Positions 51,882 to 52,486 of a stretch of DNA of 52,486 bases are shown in pieces. The DNA is from Methanobacteriota archaeon (GTDB lineage Archaea; Hydrothermarchaeota; Hydrothermarchaeia; Hydrothermarchaeales; JACRDW01), in contig JBDRDL010000057.1 of NCBI GenBank assembly GCA_043820925.1, forward strand, positions 1-52,486, written 5' to 3'. Under the pieces are notes generated by a model. The model saw nothing but the letters and a program-made list of their open reading frames with translations. It did no database searches and was not told the origin of the DNA. The translations under genes and the position numbers were made by a program. Position 1 is the stretch's first letter. Every line of letters begins with the position of its first letter.

Positions 51882-52331
51882 TTAAGCTTTTCTTTCCAAA
51901 ACCTTTTTGATATCTTTCAAAACTGAAACTGTCTCGTATTGTGTATCCCTAATATCGTTAAGCATTTTAACCTCAGCTCTAATTTCGTCAAGAATTTTAA
52001 CGCTGTCTCTAATCTCACCAAGTATTTTAACACCCTCATCTAATCTCTCAAATATCTCCCTGTCAAGATTTACAATAACTCTGCCGAAAGGCTTTGGAAA
52101 TGATATTCTATCTTCTATGCTGATAGATACTTCTGGACTTATATTTTTGAGATCATTCAAAAAATTCTTTATAGTTTTTTCTTCCCCCTCGCACACGACT
52201 TTTACAGAGCCGTCCCTTTCATTATACACGAAGCCTGCTAAATCATTTTTAATAGCTATGGCTTCTATAAAACCTCTATATCCAATAAGCTGAACGTGAT
52301 TTTTAATGATAATACTGCACCGCTTTGGCAT
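51882..52331 (-). CDS. acylphosphatase-like domain protein with C-terminal decapeptide repeats
   Basis: The N-terminus VQLIGYRGFIEAIAIKNDLAGFVYNERDGSVKVVCEG fits the acylphosphatase fold. The C-terminus carries VKILGEIRDS / VKILDEIRAE / VKMLNDIRDT repeats. Confidence 0.6.
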   Translation of the reverse strand: MPKRCSIIIKNHVQLIGYRGFIEAIAIKNDLAGFVYNERDGSVKVVCEGEEKTIKNFLNDLKNISPEVSISIEDRISFPKPFGRVIVNLDREIFERLDEGVKILGEIRDSVKILDEIRAEVKMLNDIRDTQYETVSVLKDIKKVLERKA

Positions 52332-52367
52332 GCTACTAAATAAGGCGGCTACGCTTATAAAAGTTTT

Positions 52368-52486
52368 CTATCCACAAACTTGCTCATCTGTGTGCAGTCC
52401 TGTAAGTTCTGACTTTAAATCCATGATTACGATCATCAGCATTGAATAAATCTTTTTCCCAAAAGGCGGAGTAGTTTCACTTAACG
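52368..52486 (-). CDS. 3' end of an unidentified gene running out of the window
   Basis: The frame is open from the window edge to a TAG (complement of 52368-52370), translating ..LSETTPPFGKKIYSMLMIVIMDLKSELTGLHTDEQVCG*. No family recognised. Confidence 0.25.
   Translation of the reverse strand, partial: LSETTPPFGKKIYSMLMIVIMDLKSELTGLHTDEQVCG

Noticed and set aside
51960-52049. Regular 30-bp repeats, considered as a mini CRISPR array.
   Set aside because: The repeats are contiguous with no spacers, diverge mostly at synonymous or conservative positions, and lie in frame inside a 149-aa ORF.

Overview
This 52.5 kb window looks like a euryarchaeal chromosome segment of roughly mid-40s % GC. 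The gene content suggests Methanosarcinales or Archaeoglobi, but that is inference only. Supporting content includes A-type ATP synthase, archaeosine genes, the alternative heme (Ahb) pathway, ABCE1, Lrp/AsnC regulators and a PEF-CTERM protein. No rRNA, tRNA or CRISPR array was found.

Most of the window is housekeeping:
- atpK-atpC, RaSEA/hflX/split arcS and an ahb operon.
- An Lhr-type helicase, rpiA, leuCD-type dehydratase and aroA.
- A two-component/surface-protein operon and a cell-envelope glycosylation cluster.
- Three ribonucleotide-reductase-type genes (class III nrdDG, class II nrdJ with cobO, and a degenerate nrdD-like gene).
- corA-like, ABCE1 and ahbD-like genes.

The non-housekeeping signals, in my order of interest, are:
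1. An AT-rich four-gene operon (43.76-45.78 kb) of modular paralogous winged-helix proteins plus a larger HEPN-like/winged-helix protein. I recognise no enzyme family in it, and it borders a decayed toxin-antitoxin/methylase mosaic.
2. A structured RNA-like leader element present in two clear copies, upstream of ahbC and upstream of an Lrp gene, with a partial third copy upstream of aroA. It shows one compensatory stem change and a GNRA-capped hairpin.
3. A catalytically dead NrdD paralog that has two ATP-cones but lacks the thiyl-Cys loop and the glycyl-radical domain. It is translationally coupled to a PIN/Mut7-C-like nuclease.
4. A 1.2 kb AT-rich single-gene insertion (13.0-14.1 kb) bracketed by about 65-bp direct repeats.
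5. The 39.6-43.7 kb mosaic of TA modules, interrupted five times by remnants of the same methyltransferase 3' end.

All functional calls rest on motif and family recognition by eye. No database search or RNA folding was run.
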